Source of the DNA: Candidatus Methylomirabilis limnetica
GTDB taxonomy: Bacteria; Methylomirabilota; Methylomirabilia; Methylomirabilales; Methylomirabilaceae
Length of the DNA stretch: 32,000 bases
Reading direction: 5' to 3'
NCBI RefSeq assembly: GCF_003044035.1
Contig: NZ_NVQC01000016.1
Span: forward strand, 1 to 32,000
Every line of letters begins with the position of its first letter. Position 1 is the first letter of the stretch. The position numbers were made by a program, and so were the translations under genes. The notes beneath the pieces are model-generated. The model saw only the letters and a list, made by a program, of their open reading frames with translations. It did no database searches and was not told where the DNA came from. Positions 31,682 through 32,000 of the stretch are shown in pieces.

Positions 31682-32000
31682 TATGATGTCAAACTGTGGG
31701 ATGATCCTTTTTTCAAGCAAGTAGATTTATTTGGACTGGTTTTACCGTCCGTCACAAATCCAGTGGCAATTGGACAAACAGATGTTATATCCTTGGTAAT
31801 TCACCTTCAACGACGTGGACGTCATCCATCCCCTTGGATACTATGGGGAGCTACTTTCAGTTGCTCCTTTTCTTTACCGAACAGCATCCTGAGCTTATTG
31901 AATAGCGACAACGTTACGGAGAACGACGGGGCCTCGTGAGCCAAGTCTTAAGGACCGCGGGCATGAAACACGAGATCGACGGCGCTATCATCAAGGCGGC

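Noticed and set aside
31900-32000. A ligase-like motif (HEIDGAIIKA) in the open frame at the right edge
   Set aside because: The match is only about ten residues long, with a TAG stop about 20 codons upstream. This is too little sequence to make a call.

Overview
A bacterial chromosomal segment of about 60% GC; the taxon cannot be determined from the sequence alone.

**Housekeeping backbone, left to right**
- An FKBP-type isomerase and tRNA-Glu(UUC).
- A minus-strand pair: a fatty-acyl-AMP-ligase-like adenylase and a DUF360 membrane protein.
- A DUF218 protein, a bactofilin and clpB.
- A GrdB/PrdB-family protein that I read as a selenoprotein. One in-frame TGA splits it into two ORFs in the supplied track.
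- A long co-directional cluster: glyA, nrdR, a ccsA-like gene, hemA, hemC and a cobA/hemD fusion.
- DUF4321 and maf.
- After an accessory island: ubiX, an exbB/exbD-like pair, DUF47 and tatA-tatC.

**Main finding: accessory island, about 19.2-26.2 kb, between maf and ubiX.** I interpret it as a decayed chromosomal integron.
- A frameshifted, 5'-truncated IntI-type integrase lies on the minus strand.
- It is followed by about seven plus-strand cassettes separated by attC-like imperfect palindromes (RYYYAAC ... GTTRRRY).
- The cassettes carry toxin-antitoxin modules: killer/antidote, TumE-like/HTH, hicAB, mntA/hepT and an orphan antitoxin.
- They also carry a HEPN (Rx4H) protein, a WYL-like protein, a small membrane protein plus a secreted TPR protein, and several gene stubs.

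**IS debris at both window edges**
- Left: an ISKra4-like transposase tail and a DUF4338 fragment abutting a c-type cytochrome fragment.
- Right: an IS3 orfB pseudogene next to a decayed DUF47 paralogue, then an AT-rich stretch.

**Intergenic repeats.** Intergenic regions hold several families of structured repeats: CTGAnnG heptamer arrays, C-run/G-run hairpins, a GTAGGTCGGGTTAGCG... element and a cloverleaf-like palindrome.

All family assignments rest on motif recognition by eye. No database search was run.
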